Source of the DNA: an uncultured cyanobacterium
GTDB lineage: Bacteria > Cyanobacteriota > Cyanobacteriia > CAKZMO01
NCBI GenBank assembly: GCA_963719515.1
Contig: CAVRCJ010000006.1
Coordinates: forward strand, 288,001 to 352,000
DNA: 64,000 bases
Reading direction: 5' to 3'
A program made the translations under genes and the position numbers. The notes under the pieces were generated by a model. The model had not been told where the DNA came from, did not search any database, and was given only the letters and a program-made list of their open reading frames with translations. The number at the start of each line of letters is the position of its first letter. Position 1 is the first letter of the stretch. Positions 39,329-53,876 of the stretch are shown piece after piece.

Positions 39329-40258
39329 ATGTACAAAGGCTTCCTCACTGCGGTAAGCAGCAAGCTGGCCGAACGCTGGGTCGCTAACCTATTTGCCCCT
39401 GCCTTTGTGTTCTGGGTAGGGGGGCTTGCGGCACACTTCCAAACGGAGAACTGGGAAGATCTAAAGACTTGGCTCGCTGGTCTAGACAACGCGCTGCAGG
39501 TGGCTGTGCTGCTGGGTTGTCTGTTGGTGGTGGTGACATCAGGGTTCATAGTCCAGCGGTTTGACCTAGCGGTACTGCGCTTTTTCGAGGGCTACTGGCC
39601 GGCCTGGACTGCGCCGCTGCGCGATCGCCTTTTGCAGCGGCAGCAGCAGTGGTACGCACAGGCGGAGGACCGCTGGAACGAACTGATGGTAAAGCAGCAG
39701 GAAAGCAGCGGTAGAACCTCCCAAGAAGACGAAGAGTTTATTGCTCTAGATGCGCAGCTGCATCGGGCACCCGTGGGGCACAGCCGACAGATGCCCTTAA
39801 AGCTAGGCAATATTCTGCGGGCCGCTGAAATGCAGCCAAACAACAAGTACGGCTTGGATGCGGTGGTGTGCTGGCCCAGATTGTGGATGGTGTTGCCACA
39901 AGAGGTCAAAGAAGAGATTCAGCAAGCTCGCAGCGACCTCAACACCGCCGCGCGGGTTTGGCTGTGGGGGGTGCTGTTTTTAATTTGGTTTTTTATCTAC
40001 CGATGGACCTGGTGGGTGGTTCCAGTAAGTTTGGGAACGGCATGGTTTGCTCATCACTGGATGCTGCTGGCAGCGGCGACCTACGGGGAGCTGCTGGAGT
40101 CGGCCTTCGATCTATATCGCTTTGAGCTCTACGCGGCACTGCACTGGCCGCTACCTAAGACTCCCGAAGAAGAGCAGCACAGTGGAACGTTGCTGACCCA
40201 GTATTTGTGGCGAGGATCGCGAAGTAGGTCACCGGAATTTGTATTTGACCGCGATTGA
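39329..40258 (+). CDS. Hypothetical membrane protein (about 4 TM)
   Basis: Two N-terminal and two C-terminal TMs; P..LGNILRAAE..P..KYGLDAVVCWPRLW; ATG directly follows the upstream TAG. Confidence 0.8.
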   Translation: MYKGFLTAVSSKLAERWVANLFAPAFVFWVGGLAAHFQTENWEDLKTWLAGLDNALQVAVLLGCLLVVVTSGFIVQRFDLAVLRFFEGYWPAWTAPLRDRLLQRQQQWYAQAEDRWNELMVKQQESSGRTSQEDEEFIALDAQLHRAPVGHSRQMPLKLGNILRAAEMQPNNKYGLDAVVCWPRLWMVLPQEVKEEIQQARSDLNTAARVWLWGVLFLIWFFIYRWTWWVVPVSLGTAWFAHHWMLLAAATYGELLESAFDLYRFELYAALHWPLPKTPEEEQHSGTLLTQYLWRGSRSRSPEFVFDRD

Positions 40259-40384
40259 GGCGATCGCGTCAAAAGTAGACCAGTTCCCGACAAAGAGAAA
40301 CCTAAAAAAATACGACACCGTTACCGATGTCGTCATGCTGGGCGATCGCTCTAATGTAACCCTGTTCGTAGCGGCCTTGTCCCC

Positions 40385-40422
40385 AACCGTGTGAAACCTG
40401 AAAATTCAGGTTTCACACGGTT
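40385..40422 (-). terminator. 18-bp stem-loop at the end of the atp operon
   Basis: aaccgtgtgaaacctgaa-aa-ttcaggtttcacacggtt. Confidence 0.8.
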
Positions 40423-40439
40423 TTAGCTGTAGGTCCACG

Positions 40440-41390
40440 CTAGCCTAAAGCTTCAGCACCACCTACAACCTCTAGGATCTCCTGGGTAATCGCAGCCTGG
40501 CGCGCTTTGTTGTACACCAAAGATAGTGAACTAATCAAATCGCTGGCGTTGTCGCTGGCGTTGTTCATCGCCGTCATTCGAGCTGCGAGCTCGCTTGCAG
40601 CCGACTCCTGCAGAGCGCGTAGCAGCTGGTTGTTGAGATAAAGCGGCAACAGAGCATCCAAGATTTGGACTGGATCCTGCTCGAAAATCATGTCCTGAGG
40701 CATCTGCGCGGGCGTCGGAGCCTGTAGCGCATCGCGCTCGACCTGAAAAGTACCGCCGCGAGAGGTGAGGCGAAAAATTTCGTCGTCTTTGGGTTCTAGT
40801 CCCTGAGGATCTAGCGGCAGCAGCGTCTGTACCACAGGCTGAGAGCTAATCAGCGAGACAAACTTAGTGTAAACCAGCTCGACGCGGTCGACCGTTCCTG
40901 AAAGAAACAGAGACAGCAGCTCATCAGCAACCTTAGAGGCCTCAGCCGCCGTCGGCACCTGCTCCAGGTTGGTAAACGTTTTGCTGATAGGCTGGTCGCG
41001 GCGCTGAAAGTGCTGAACGGCCTTGCGCCCTACCAGCACATAGCGAAAATCAACGCCTTCTGCCTGAAGCTCCTTAGCCCTTATTTCTCCCCGGCGAATC
41101 ACGTTGGTGTTGTAGCCACCGCACAGACCGCGATCGCCAGATACCACCAGGATGGCAACCGAGCCCACCTCTCGCTTCTGGAGCAGCGGCAGATCAGCGT
41201 CCTCAAATCGCAGCCGGGTTTGCAGGCCAAAAAGCACCTGCGCTAGCCGGTCGGCAAAGGGCCGGGTGGCGGTCACCTGCTCTTGGGCACGACGCACCCT
41301 AGCCGCAGCCACAAGCCGCATCGCCTCAGTAATCTTTTTTGTGTTCTTGACCGACTTGATGCGATCGCGAATTGCCTTAAGGTTTGCCAT
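40440..41390 (-). CDS. atpG: ATP synthase F1 gamma subunit (cyanobacterial atpC)
   Basis: [30 protein letters not shown]. Confidence 0.98.
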   Translation of the reverse strand: MANLKAIRDRIKSVKNTKKITEAMRLVAAARVRRAQEQVTATRPFADRLAQVLFGLQTRLRFEDADLPLLQKREVGSVAILVVSGDRGLCGGYNTNVIRRGEIRAKELQAEGVDFRYVLVGRKAVQHFQRRDQPISKTFTNLEQVPTAAEASKVADELLSLFLSGTVDRVELVYTKFVSLISSQPVVQTLLPLDPQGLEPKDDEIFRLTSRGGTFQVERDALQAPTPAQMPQDMIFEQDPVQILDALLPLYLNNQLLRALQESAASELAARMTAMNNASDNASDLISSLSLVYNKARQAAITQEILEVVGGAEALG

Positions 41391-41464
41391 GGGTCTTGTT
41401 TAAAGGTGAATGATTGAGCTAGCGCGATCGTCGACAACAAACGCGATCGCGCTAACGATAAAGG

Positions 41465-42985
41465 CTACAGAGAAGCCTTAAAGACCTGCTTATACTCAGT
41501 CAGCACGTCCTTCATGAGGCCAACAACGGCATCGGAGAACTTCTTGTTCTCTTTCTCCACCAGCTCAGGGTAGTCCGTGCGGTTGGTTTTCATATAGTCT
41601 CGCAGCCCATTGGCAAAGTCCGCCACCTTATCCACAGGCAAGTCGTCTAGGTAACCGTTAATGCCTGCGTAGATGAGGATGGCCTGCTCAGCTACAGACA
41701 GCGGCGAGTACTGGGGCTGCTTGAGCAGCTCCCGTAGACGCTGACCACGAGAGATCTGGTTCTGCGTCGCCTTGTCGAGGTCAGAGGCAAACTGGGCAAA
41801 GGCCTGCAGCTCGTCAAACTGAGCTAGCTCCAGCTTTAGCTTACCGGCCACCTTCTTCATCAGCTTGGTCTGGGCCGCCGAACCCACCCGGGAGACGGAG
41901 ATACCAGCATTCACCGCAGGCCGTAAGCCAGAGTTAAACAGATCAGAAGACAGGAAGATCTGACCGTCGGTAATGGAGATCACGTTGGTAGGAATGTATG
42001 CCGAGACGTCACCCGCCTGAGTTTCGATAATAGGCAGAGCCGTCATGCTGCCCTCGCCCAGCGCTTCGCTGAGCTTGGCGGCCCGCTCTAGCAGACGAGA
42101 GTGTAGGAAGAAGACGTCTCCGGGATAGGCCTCACGTCCGGGCGGACGACGCAGCAGCAGGGACATTTGGCGGTAGGCCTGGGCTTGCTTGGTAAGGTCA
42201 TCGTAGACCACCAGCGTAGCTTTGCCGTTGTACATAAAGTACTCGGCGATGGACGCACCCGTGTAGGGAGCTAGATACTGTAGGGCGGCAGGGTCACTAG
42301 CGTTAGCGGCGACGACAATGGTGTATTCCATTGCGCCACGCTCCTCAAGGGCGTCGACGACCTGGGCCACCGTGGAGGCCTTTTGACCGATGGCGACGTA
42401 GACGCAGATCACGTCCTCTGATGCCTGGTTAAGGATGGTATCTACGGCAATAGAGGTCTTACCGGTCTGACGGTCACCAATGATGAGCTCTCGCTGGCCC
42501 CGACCAATAGGAATCATGGAGTCGATGGCGGTGATGCCGGTTTGTAGCGGCTCGTATACCGACTTACGGGCAATAATTCCTGGTGCAACTCCATCAATCA
42601 GGCGGGATTCACTGGTTTCAATAGCGCCCTTTCCGTCAATGGGTCGACCCAAAGCGTCGACCACCCGGCCCACCATGGCATCTCCTACAGGCACATCGGC
42701 GATGCGGCCCGTAGCCGTCACTGAGCTACCTTCTTGAATGTTGCGACCGCTGCCCATCAGCACGACGCCGACGTTGTCTTCTTCTAGGTTGAGGGCGATA
42801 CCAACGGTACCGTCTTCAAACTCAAGCAGCTCTGACGCCATGGCCTGATCGAGGCCGTATACGCGGGCAATCCCGTCACCGATGGAAAGCACTGTCCCAA
42901 CGGTGGAGACCTTGACTTCCTGGTCGTACTGCTCAATCTGCTGCTGAATAATGCTGCTAATTTCGTCTGGTTTAATGCTTACCAT
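41465..42985 (-). CDS. atpA: ATP synthase F1 alpha subunit
   Basis: [20 protein letters not shown]. Confidence 0.99.
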   Translation of the reverse strand: MVSIKPDEISSIIQQQIEQYDQEVKVSTVGTVLSIGDGIARVYGLDQAMASELLEFEDGTVGIALNLEEDNVGVVLMGSGRNIQEGSSVTATGRIADVPVGDAMVGRVVDALGRPIDGKGAIETSESRLIDGVAPGIIARKSVYEPLQTGITAIDSMIPIGRGQRELIIGDRQTGKTSIAVDTILNQASEDVICVYVAIGQKASTVAQVVDALEERGAMEYTIVVAANASDPAALQYLAPYTGASIAEYFMYNGKATLVVYDDLTKQAQAYRQMSLLLRRPPGREAYPGDVFFLHSRLLERAAKLSEALGEGSMTALPIIETQAGDVSAYIPTNVISITDGQIFLSSDLFNSGLRPAVNAGISVSRVGSAAQTKLMKKVAGKLKLELAQFDELQAFAQFASDLDKATQNQISRGQRLRELLKQPQYSPLSVAEQAILIYAGINGYLDDLPVDKVADFANGLRDYMKTNRTDYPELVEKENKKFSDAVVGLMKDVLTEYKQVFKASL

Positions 42986-43079
42986 AGGTCTTCCTCAACG
43001 TAGTTGTTCGTCGTTCCATTGCTTGCGATCGCGGCAGAAATTCATCTCAAATGCTACAGCGGAGCCGCCTGCCGTTCTC

Positions 43080-43634
43080 CTAGGATCCGGATATGGACCC
43101 CAGCTTCAAACCGATGCGGCGAAGCTGACCGCGCAGGCTGGCGTCAATCACCTGAGAGCCCACCTTAATAATCACACCGCCAATGAGGTCGGGGTCAATT
43201 CGGGTTTCAAGCTCAATTTGATTGGCCTGAGTGAATCCCAGCACTTTTTGCCGAACGGATTCTTGCTGCTCATCTGACAGAGAAATCGCCGACGTTACCT
43301 CCGCCAGCACCGTGCCATTGCGCTCACGAACCCTAGCCTGATACTCGACGCAAATGCTGTCCAGGTAAGAAATACGCCCTTTATCAATCAACAGCATCAA
43401 AAAGCTGCGAGTGTAAGGGTCTAAATCCTCGGCGGCGCGGGTCAATACGCCCTTTTTGACGTCGTTTTGAATCAGTGGATTTCCCAGAAGATTTCGCAGC
43501 TCCTCTGATTCACCCAGAAGCTGCCGCAGCCCGCGAATATCTTCCGCTATAGCGTCAACTTTTCCCTGAGCGTCGGCGAGAGACATCAGCGCTACCGCAT
43601 AGGGCGATGCAATTTCAGACGTCATAGCTGCCAT
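43080..43634 (-). CDS. atpH: ATP synthase F1 delta subunit (cyanobacterial atpD)
   Basis: PYA.AL, DPDLIGG...DAS; operon position. Confidence 0.96.
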   Translation of the reverse strand: MAAMTSEIASPYAVALMSLADAQGKVDAIAEDIRGLRQLLGESEELRNLLGNPLIQNDVKKGVLTRAAEDLDPYTRSFLMLLIDKGRISYLDSICVEYQARVRERNGTVLAEVTSAISLSDEQQESVRQKVLGFTQANQIELETRIDPDLIGGVIIKVGSQVIDASLRGQLRRIGLKLGSISGS

Positions 43635-43637
43635 GAA

Positions 43638-44204
43638 TTATTCTCCCAACATTGTGATACTTTTATCTACCAGACGCTGCTGGGTAGAGTCGTCTAAATC
43701 AGAACGGAGGCGCTCCTCGGTGCGCTGCAGCGCCATCTCGGCCACTCGCTGTCGCAGCTCAGCCACCATGCGATCGCGCTGGGATGTCGTGTCTTGGACC
43801 GCAGCCGCCCGCAGTCGCTCCACATCCTTCTCAGATTGATCAAGGACAGCCTGACGGGCCACTTCGGCACGGCCTTCAGCATCCTTAAGTAACTTTGCCG
43901 CTTCGGTTTGCGCCTGAGCCAGCTTTTGCTGCTCTTCTGCAAGGTTCGCTGCCGCGTCCTGTTTACGCTGCTCGGCATCTCGAATCTCTGATTCGATGCG
44001 CGATCGCCGCTCAGCCAGAGTACTTCCTAGAAATCCGCGGCCAAAATAGACGAGAACGCCAATAATAATGACTAGATTAATTAAATTGGTATCCAGCAGA
44101 TTTAAGTTGAGAGCAAATCCATGCTCTTCGGCTGCTTCAGACGCTTCAGCGCCGATAGCGCTAGCCTCTACAGCAAGGAGAAATAACGTTCCCATGTCGT
44201 TCAC
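43638..44204 (-). CDS. atpF: ATP synthase F0 subunit b
   Basis: LLDTNLINL plus TM and coiled coil; operon position. Confidence 0.95.
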   Translation of the reverse strand: MNDMGTLFLLAVEASAIGAEASEAAEEHGFALNLNLLDTNLINLVIIIGVLVYFGRGFLGSTLAERRSRIESEIRDAEQRKQDAAANLAEEQQKLAQAQTEAAKLLKDAEGRAEVARQAVLDQSEKDVERLRAAAVQDTTSQRDRMVAELRQRVAEMALQRTEERLRSDLDDSTQQRLVDKSITMLGE

Positions 44205-44273
44205 TTTCGATTTAGCACGTTTCTACATCATTCTAGAAATACTGGCCAGGCGCTGCAGTTCATGAGGCTTCAG

Positions 44274-44750
44274 TTAAACGCTCAAGAGGCGGTCTAGAAT
44301 CTGCTGACTTAAGCTATTTACCTGGCCCTCTAAAGTAGCCATAGCAGACGTCCGCTGTTCCTCAAGCTCTGTTTGAACTTGTTCACGCTGCGCTTGAGCC
44401 TCTTGCTGCGCTTTTGCGATCTCCTGGGACGCAATCTGCTGTGCCTCAGCCTGAGCGTTGGTTACAATCTCTTGAGTGCGACGCCGCGTTGACGCTAGCT
44501 CACTCTCATATTGCTCGGCTAGCTTCTTTGCTTTGGATAGCCGCTCTTCAGCAGCGGTAATACTATCGCGCACGAGTCCTTCGCGCTCGTCAATCATTCG
44601 GCCCAACGGCTTATAGAAAAGCGCATTTAGTGCGGCAACTAGCAGTAAAAATTGAACCGCCATCAGCGGCAGAGTCGCGTCGAGGTCAAACAGTCCACCG
44701 GCTTCTTCAGCCGCTGCCTCTACCGCGAATAAAATCGTCCAGCAGGTCAT
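44274..44750 (-). CDS. atpF2: ATP synthase F0 subunit b' (cyanobacterial atpG)
   Basis: [17 protein letters not shown] motif; start taken at MTCWT. Confidence 0.95.
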   Translation of the reverse strand: MTCWTILFAVEAAAEEAGGLFDLDATLPLMAVQFLLLVAALNALFYKPLGRMIDEREGLVRDSITAAEERLSKAKKLAEQYESELASTRRRTQEIVTNAQAEAQQIASQEIAKAQQEAQAQREQVQTELEEQRTSAMATLEGQVNSLSQQILDRLLSV

Positions 44751-44836
44751 AACAATATCCCGACAGCTATAGAAGGGAGCAAATAGGCAAAGCAAATATG
44801 GGCAGAAATCAGTTGACTTCCGCCCAAAGATGTGGC

Positions 44837-45097
<261 letters not shown>

Positions 45098-45266
45098 TTA
45101 AGTAAACTAAAACTTTTCTTTCAGACAAACCAGCTTGGCGGCTAAACCAAGCGCAAACACTACGCAGAACAGCCAGCAGGCTTGCCCTAGACCCTACTCA
45201 GAATTCATCCGAGAAGCACCTCAGCAGACCTGCAGAACTATCCTTCGCCTGAACACAAGCATTAAG

Positions 45267-46013
45267 CTACTCGTGCTCACCGTGGTCTTCCATAGCCTCA
45301 CCGATATAGGCTGCTGCTAGAGTCGCAAAAATCAGAGCCTGAATTGCGCTCGTGAACAGCCCGAGAACCATTAGCGGCAGAGGAACAAACAAAGGCACGA
45401 GCAAAACCAGTACCGCGACGACCAACTCATCCGCCAGAATGTTTCCGAAAAGACGGAAGCTGAGGGACAAGGGCTTAGTAAAATCTTCCAGTATCTTGAA
45501 CGGCAGCATAATCGGTGCCGGTTCAACATAATTTGCGAAATACCCAAGACCCTTCTTGCTGAAGCCAGCGTAGAAGTAAGCCAGCGAAGTCAGTAGCGCA
45601 AGAGCAACTGTAGTGTTGATGTCGCTTGTTGGAGCAGCTAACTCGCCCTCTGGAAGCTCGAACAGCCGCCAGGGAACAAGCGCACCAGACCAATTTGACA
45701 CAAAGATAAACAAGAACAATGTACCAACAAATGGCACCCACGGACGATATTCCTTCTCTCCAATTTGAGTTTTGGCCAGATCTCGAATGAATTCCAGCGC
45801 ATACTCCATCAGGTTTTGAAGGCCGCTTGGAATTCGCTGTAGATTGCGGGAAGACAAAAATGCCACCCCAATCAGCAGCGCAATCACAAACCAGGAGGTC
45901 AGAAAGACCTGACCATGTAGCTTCAAATTACCAACTTGCCAATACAGATGATTGCCGACTTCAAGCTCAGCAAGGTGTAGGGTTGTTAGATTAAATCCGT
46001 TCAGCAGTCCCAT
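45267..46013 (-). CDS. atpB: ATP synthase F0 subunit a (cyanobacterial atpI)
   Basis: [23 protein letters not shown]. Confidence 0.98.
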   Translation of the reverse strand: MGLLNGFNLTTLHLAELEVGNHLYWQVGNLKLHGQVFLTSWFVIALLIGVAFLSSRNLQRIPSGLQNLMEYALEFIRDLAKTQIGEKEYRPWVPFVGTLFLFIFVSNWSGALVPWRLFELPEGELAAPTSDINTTVALALLTSLAYFYAGFSKKGLGYFANYVEPAPIMLPFKILEDFTKPLSLSFRLFGNILADELVVAVLVLLVPLFVPLPLMVLGLFTSAIQALIFATLAAAYIGEAMEDHGEHE

Positions 46014-46084
46014 GGGACAAATGCCCTCAAAAAATCAATTTAGAATCACGGCGCGGAGGTCAGACGTCCAGGCGGAAGCTGATC

Positions 46085-46591
46085 TCAAGACGATGAGTCT
46101 GAGAAAACACCTCGAATAACATAGACGATTAGGGCCGCTTTATAGGTCAGAAAACCTAGGAAGATTGGTAAAATCTCTAGCTGATTAACGCGAGATGCGA
46201 TTAAAATCACTCCTACGAGGAGCGCTAGCCGACTGTTACCTAGCCGCGCCCGCTGACGCCCCAGCTGTCCCACATGCTTGGCTAACATGTTGAGATAGAT
46301 TAGGCCGGTAGAGGCTCCAATTAAGTAGTTGAGCGCTACGTTTGAACCGTAGACCCACCAGACGGAACCCACTGCCAAGCCGGCCAACGCCACAGTCAAT
46401 ACCAGCAGCTCACGGCGGAGCTGCTGGTATTCTTGAATGGAGTCGTCAGGCTCTACTGAAAGAGATGCTGCGGAAACTGGGGCCTCTGCTTCGGGTAATG
46501 CCTCTACTTCTGTAGAGGCATTAACTTCAGGAGAAGCGCTGCCTGTCTCGTTAGCTTGCTCAGGTTTAGCCGCGATCGCTCGATCAGTCAA
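46085..46591 (-). CDS. atp1: ATP synthase protein I (Atp1)
   Basis: EYQQL...TMs...FLGFLTYKAAL; first gene of the operon; start uncertain. Confidence 0.88.
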   Translation of the reverse strand: MTDRAIAAKPEQANETGSASPEVNASTEVEALPEAEAPVSAASLSVEPDDSIQEYQQLRRELLVLTVALAGLAVGSVWWVYGSNVALNYLIGASTGLIYLNMLAKHVGQLGRQRARLGNSRLALLVGVILIASRVNQLEILPIFLGFLTYKAALIVYVIRGVFSDSSS

Positions 46592-47226
46592 GGGAAATAC
46601 CGGTGGCAGTTAGAGGGCTGTGGCTGCGCGAGCCACAGGAGATCATAACATGCAGCGCTGCCCGAACCACATAAAAAATTAAGGTTTGTCTGGAAGCTAG
46701 CAGCGGCCCAGGATCAGCCCAAGATCAATAGCGTACTGGAAGCGATCCGGGGGTCACAAAATCGTAGTCGGTCGAATCAACCAAATTTTGGGTTGGGGAT
46801 CATGGGGATTCAGATTCACCCCATGGGCAGGCTCGCCTGTGGTTCAGCCCCTGTCCAAGCGGGGGAACTCAACAAAACTTATCCTCTTTCCTCACGATTC
46901 AGCAGCGTCCTCTATCATATTCACTATCTTGTCTTCAAGAAATCGCTGCGCTTTGATGGGCTAATGAGTTCTACACACTTTTTAATAAATCCCCGCAGCG
47001 ATCCCAAAACGATTTAACCTGAATCTTGAGCTGGGTCAAACCTTAGGCATTTGCCAGAGTTGATTTCGCAGGTCTTCTATAGCGTGTAGTCATGCCTTGT
47101 GTATCAATAGGCTACTCGCACGCAGTGGGTCTGCTTTGAGTTAGCCCTCCGCTAGTCACCCGGCAACAGCCCGTTTTGAATCTTGATATTGACAACCGCT
47201 ATTAATTTATCAATGGGAGCTTTTGA

Positions 47227-49947
<2,721 letters not shown>

Positions 49948-49986
49948 ATCCCGTCTGGGCAGCCGTCCTAGCGCCCGCCCACTAGC

Positions 49987-50030
49987 CGACAAGGCAGCCG
50001 GTCCCTACCCCAATACCGGCTGCCTTGTCG
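49987..50030 (+). terminator. 16-bp stem-loop after apcE
   Basis: cgacaaggcagccggt-12 nt-accggctgccttgtcg. Confidence 0.7.
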
Positions 50031-50225
50031 TGCGCCGTCGCTGGGCCAAGGTAATCGGGAAAATCGTTAAGAAAATGAGTAAGACTGTTACGAAATATTG
50101 CTGCTCAGCTCGAATGGTGAGCGCAATGCCGCAGAATTATTCCGGAGGCGGTTAGGCTCTAACCCTTCTAAACGCCAGCATTAGATAATTTCTGGTCAAT
50201 CTATTTTTTTTGGAGGACTTTGTCG

Positions 50226-50711
50226 ATGAGCATTGTCACGAAATCTATCGTGAACGCCGACGCCGAGGCTCGTTACCTCAGCCCTGGCGAATTGGATCGC
50301 ATCAAGTCGTTCGTAACGTCTGGTCAGCGCCGCCTGCGCGTTGCACAGACGCTAACTGAATCTCGCGAGCGGATCGTCAAGCAAGCCGGTGACGCACTTT
50401 TCCAAAAGCGTCCTGACGTAGTTTCTCCCGGCGGCAACGCCTATGGTGAGGAAATGACGGCGACTTGTCTACGCGACATGGATTACTATCTTCGTCTAAT
50501 CACCTACGGTGTGGTTTCCGGCGACGTCACGCCCATTGAAGAAATCGGCATCGTTGGCGTCCGCGAGATGTACAAGTCTCTCGGAACCCCCATTGAAGCG
50601 GTCGCTCAGGCTATTGCTGAGATGAAGAACGTAGCGACATCCATGATGTCCGGTGAGGACGCTTCTGAAGCAGGTTCTTACTTCGACTACGTTATCGGCG
50701 CAATGCAGTAG
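50226..50711 (+). CDS. apcA: Allophycocyanin alpha subunit
   Basis: [23 protein letters not shown]. Confidence 0.99.
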   Translation: MSIVTKSIVNADAEARYLSPGELDRIKSFVTSGQRRLRVAQTLTESRERIVKQAGDALFQKRPDVVSPGGNAYGEEMTATCLRDMDYYLRLITYGVVSGDVTPIEEIGIVGVREMYKSLGTPIEAVAQAIAEMKNVATSMMSGEDASEAGSYFDYVIGAMQ

Positions 50712-50778
50712 AAATACGAACGTTTTGATTTCTCAACGTTTGCTGTAAAACATAATTTTGGTTTAGGGAAGCGAAATA

Positions 50779-51264
50779 ATGCAAGACGCAATCACTTCTG
50801 TAATTAATTCCTCCGACGTCCAGGGCAAGTACCTAGACGGTTCGGCAATGGATAAGCTCAAGAGCTACTTCGAGACTGGTGAACTGCGCGTTCGTGCGGC
50901 AACCACCATCAGCGCTAATGCGGCTAGCATCGTCAAGGAAGCCGTTGCTAAGTCTCTGCTGTACTCAGACATCACCCGTCCGGGCGGCAACATGTATACG
51001 ACCCGTCGCTATGCGGCCTGCATCCGCGACCTCGACTACTACCTGCGCTACTCCACCTACGCGATGCTCGCAGGCGATCCTTCCATCCTTGATGAGCGGG
51101 TTCTCAACGGCCTGAAGGAAACCTACAACTCTCTGGGTGTGCCCGTCGGTGCTACCGTTCAGGCAATCCAGGCTATGAAAGAGGTTACCGCGAGCCTAGT
51201 CGGATCTGACGCTGGCAAAGAGATGGGTGTCTATCTAGACTACATCTGCTCTGGCTTGAGCTAA
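50779..51264 (+). CDS. apcB: Allophycocyanin beta subunit
   Basis: [19 protein letters not shown]. Confidence 0.99.
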   Translation: MQDAITSVINSSDVQGKYLDGSAMDKLKSYFETGELRVRAATTISANAASIVKEAVAKSLLYSDITRPGGNMYTTRRYAACIRDLDYYLRYSTYAMLAGDPSILDERVLNGLKETYNSLGVPVGATVQAIQAMKEVTASLVGSDAGKEMGVYLDYICSGLS

Positions 51265-51455
51265 CACAAGCGCCGCAATCGCTAGCTGCTGACTAGCGAA
51301 TGTAATCGCGCTAATTCGAGGGCTGGAAACTGTAGGTCGATTCTAGGCGGTCAAGGGCTGTAAAGCTGGGACGGTTTAGGCGATCGCAAGCTCCAGTCCT
51401 CATGTTGTAAGAAGAGTCATCTCGACATCTCCCGCATTAAATGAGGTATCGCTCC

Positions 51456-51659
51456 ATGCGAATGTTCAAAGTTACGGCTTGTGTTCCTAGCCAAACTCGA
51501 ATTCGGACGCAGCGTGAGCTGCAAAACACCTACTTTACTAAGCTTGTTCCCTACACCAATTGGTTTACGGAGCAGCAGCGTATTCAGAAGATGGGTGGCA
51601 AAATTGTTAAGGTCGAACTTGCTACCGGTAAGCCGGGCATGAATACCGGACTGGCCTAG
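51456..51659 (+). CDS. apcC: Phycobilisome small core linker
   Basis: MRMFKVTACVPSQTRIRTQREL. Confidence 0.98.
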   Translation: MRMFKVTACVPSQTRIRTQRELQNTYFTKLVPYTNWFTEQQRIQKMGGKIVKVELATGKPGMNTGLA

Positions 51660-51816
51660 CGTTAGAGTTCTCCAGTTGAATCACGCTAGATTGCGCTACT
51701 GCGAAAGGGGTCATTTGGCCTCTTTTTGCTGTTTTGGGCCATTGTCTAGGCCATTGTCTAGAGCACTGCGCTACCCTTCTTGCTACTGTGTCTCTAGCTC
51801 TCTATCTCTGTAGCTC

Positions 51817-52962
51817 ATGCTCCGCTACTTGTTCCCCATCATCGATCCCTCGGCAAAACACTGGGCATTTGAGGCACGGCTGCTCCGCTGGCTAACGCTA
51901 ATCTGGCTCCTTGTGGGGCTGATCGTGCTGTTCTCCGCCTCCTATGTGGTCGCTGACGCAGAGCGAGGTGACGGTATGTACTACTTTAAAATGCAGCTGC
52001 TGTGGATCTTTGCTGGACTGACGCTTTTCAATAGCTTGGCGTACCTGCCGCTGAGGCGGGTCGTGAGCGGAGCCCCTTTAATATTTGTGGCAGTGTTTCT
52101 GCTGATTGTGGCTACGATAGTTCCTGGCGTCGGCACCACCGTCAATGGGGCCACCCGCTGGCTGCTGATCGGTCCTATCAGCATTCAGCCTTCAGAATTG
52201 ATCAAGCCATTGCTCATCCTGCAGAGCGCCCGCATTTTTGGACAATGGAATGCCATTCGCCTCGGCACGCGGCTGGGCTGGATATTATTTTTTATTGTGG
52301 TTACTGGCTGCATTTTGATACAGCCTAACCTCAGCACTGCGGCGCTCTGCGGCCTTGTCGTCTGGAGCATTGCTCTAGCCTCAGGCCTGCCCATGAAATA
52401 TCTCAGCAGCGCGGCCCTCAGCGGCTTCACCGTAGCGGCTTTGAGCATTGGTTTTAGAGAGTATCAGCGGCGGCGCTTCATCTCATTTCTCAACCCCTGG
52501 AATTCTCCCACTGGAGATGGCTATCAGCTGGTTCAAAGCCTGCTGGCCATCGGGTCTGGCGGCCTCTGGGGCACGGGTTTGGGGTTCTCGTATCAGAAAC
52601 TGTTCTACCTGCCTATTCAGTACACTGACTTTATCTTCTCGGTCTTTGCTGAGGAATTTGGCTTTGTTGGGTCGCTATTTCTGCTGCTGCTGCTGCTGCT
52701 TTACGGAACGATTGGGCTGCGGGTGGCTCTAAAAGCCACTTCGTCTCTGCATCAGCTAGTGGCAATCGGGGCTGTTCTTTTGCTCATTGGCCAAGCCATC
52801 CTTAACATCGGCGTAGCGGCAGGGGCACTGCCGACCACAGGGTTACCCTTTCCCCTGATGAGCTACGGCGGGAGCTCTATGATTGGCAGTCTGGCGGTAG
52901 CGGGTCTACTGGTACGCGTTGCTCGAGAAAGCTGCGGGGCCGAGGTGGTGCCGCTCTCGTAG
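51817..52962 (+). CDS. ftsW: FtsW/RodA SEDS family protein
   Basis: GATRWL, IQPSE..K, YQLVQS, TDFIF, SYGGSS. Confidence 0.93.
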   Translation: MLRYLFPIIDPSAKHWAFEARLLRWLTLIWLLVGLIVLFSASYVVADAERGDGMYYFKMQLLWIFAGLTLFNSLAYLPLRRVVSGAPLIFVAVFLLIVATIVPGVGTTVNGATRWLLIGPISIQPSELIKPLLILQSARIFGQWNAIRLGTRLGWILFFIVVTGCILIQPNLSTAALCGLVVWSIALASGLPMKYLSSAALSGFTVAALSIGFREYQRRRFISFLNPWNSPTGDGYQLVQSLLAIGSGGLWGTGLGFSYQKLFYLPIQYTDFIFSVFAEEFGFVGSLFLLLLLLLYGTIGLRVALKATSSLHQLVAIGAVLLLIGQAILNIGVAAGALPTTGLPFPLMSYGGSSMIGSLAVAGLLVRVARESCGAEVVPLS

Positions 52963-53053
52963 GGGAGCAGGGCGGCGATCGCCGTGAGGCAACACCGTCT
53001 TCAAGGGTTAAGTCCGCTAAGATTAAGACGTAGCGGCTCGGCGAGCATCTCAC

Positions 53054-53785
53054 ATGGATACCCTTCAGCTTTGGCTTTATGACATAGAGCAGCTTGCAGA
53101 CTCTACGGTAGTCAGCCAGCTCGACCACCTCAGCTTCTTTAGCCTCGGCATCATTTTTTCAGCGGGACTGGTCACCAGCCTTACCCCCTGCATGCTTTCC
53201 ATGCTGCCCATCACGATTGGCTACATCGGCGGCTATGAGGCTAACAGCCGCTTTCAGGCTGCTAAGCAGTCGCTGTGGTTTGCCTTGGGTCTGGCCACTA
53301 CCTTGGCGGCGTTAGGACTTTTGGCGGCGATCGCCGGCCGAGTCTATGGCCAAATTGGGGTCGGGCTACCGCTGGTGGTCAGCGCCTTAGCGATCGTCAT
53401 GGGGCTGAACTTACTGGGATTGCTACCCCTCAAATTCCCCAGCTTGGGAGCTACTGACTGGATCACCAAGGAACTGCCCGAGGGCATGCGGGCCTACCTA
53501 ATCGGCCTGACCTTTGGGCTAGTGGCCTCTCCCTGCAGTACCCCGGTGCTGGCGACGCTGTTGGGCTGGGTGTCTGCCACAGGCGACCCACTGCTGGGCG
53601 GCGGGCTGCTGCTGGCTTATACGGTGGGCTACGTGACGCCGCTGGTGCTGGCGGGCACTTTTACCGCCTCACTGAAGAAGCTGCTGGAGCTGCGTCAGTG
53701 GTCCAGCTGGATTACCCCCGCTAGCGGAGCGCTGCTGATTGGCTTTGGCGTGGTTTCCCTGATGCTGCGGCTGCCTGCAGTTTAG
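53054..53785 (+). CDS. ccdA: Cytochrome c biogenesis protein CcdA
   Basis: SLTPCML and ASPCSTP cysteine motifs in TM segments. Confidence 0.93.
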   Translation: MDTLQLWLYDIEQLADSTVVSQLDHLSFFSLGIIFSAGLVTSLTPCMLSMLPITIGYIGGYEANSRFQAAKQSLWFALGLATTLAALGLLAAIAGRVYGQIGVGLPLVVSALAIVMGLNLLGLLPLKFPSLGATDWITKELPEGMRAYLIGLTFGLVASPCSTPVLATLLGWVSATGDPLLGGGLLLAYTVGYVTPLVLAGTFTASLKKLLELRQWSSWITPASGALLIGFGVVSLMLRLPAV

Positions 53786-53876
53786 GGCGAGCTCGCGCGT
53801 GGTGACGTCTTGGGCGGGCTAGCAGCGCTAGGCCCCTGCAAGATTTTCGGGTATTTACGAATTTACGACCGAGATT

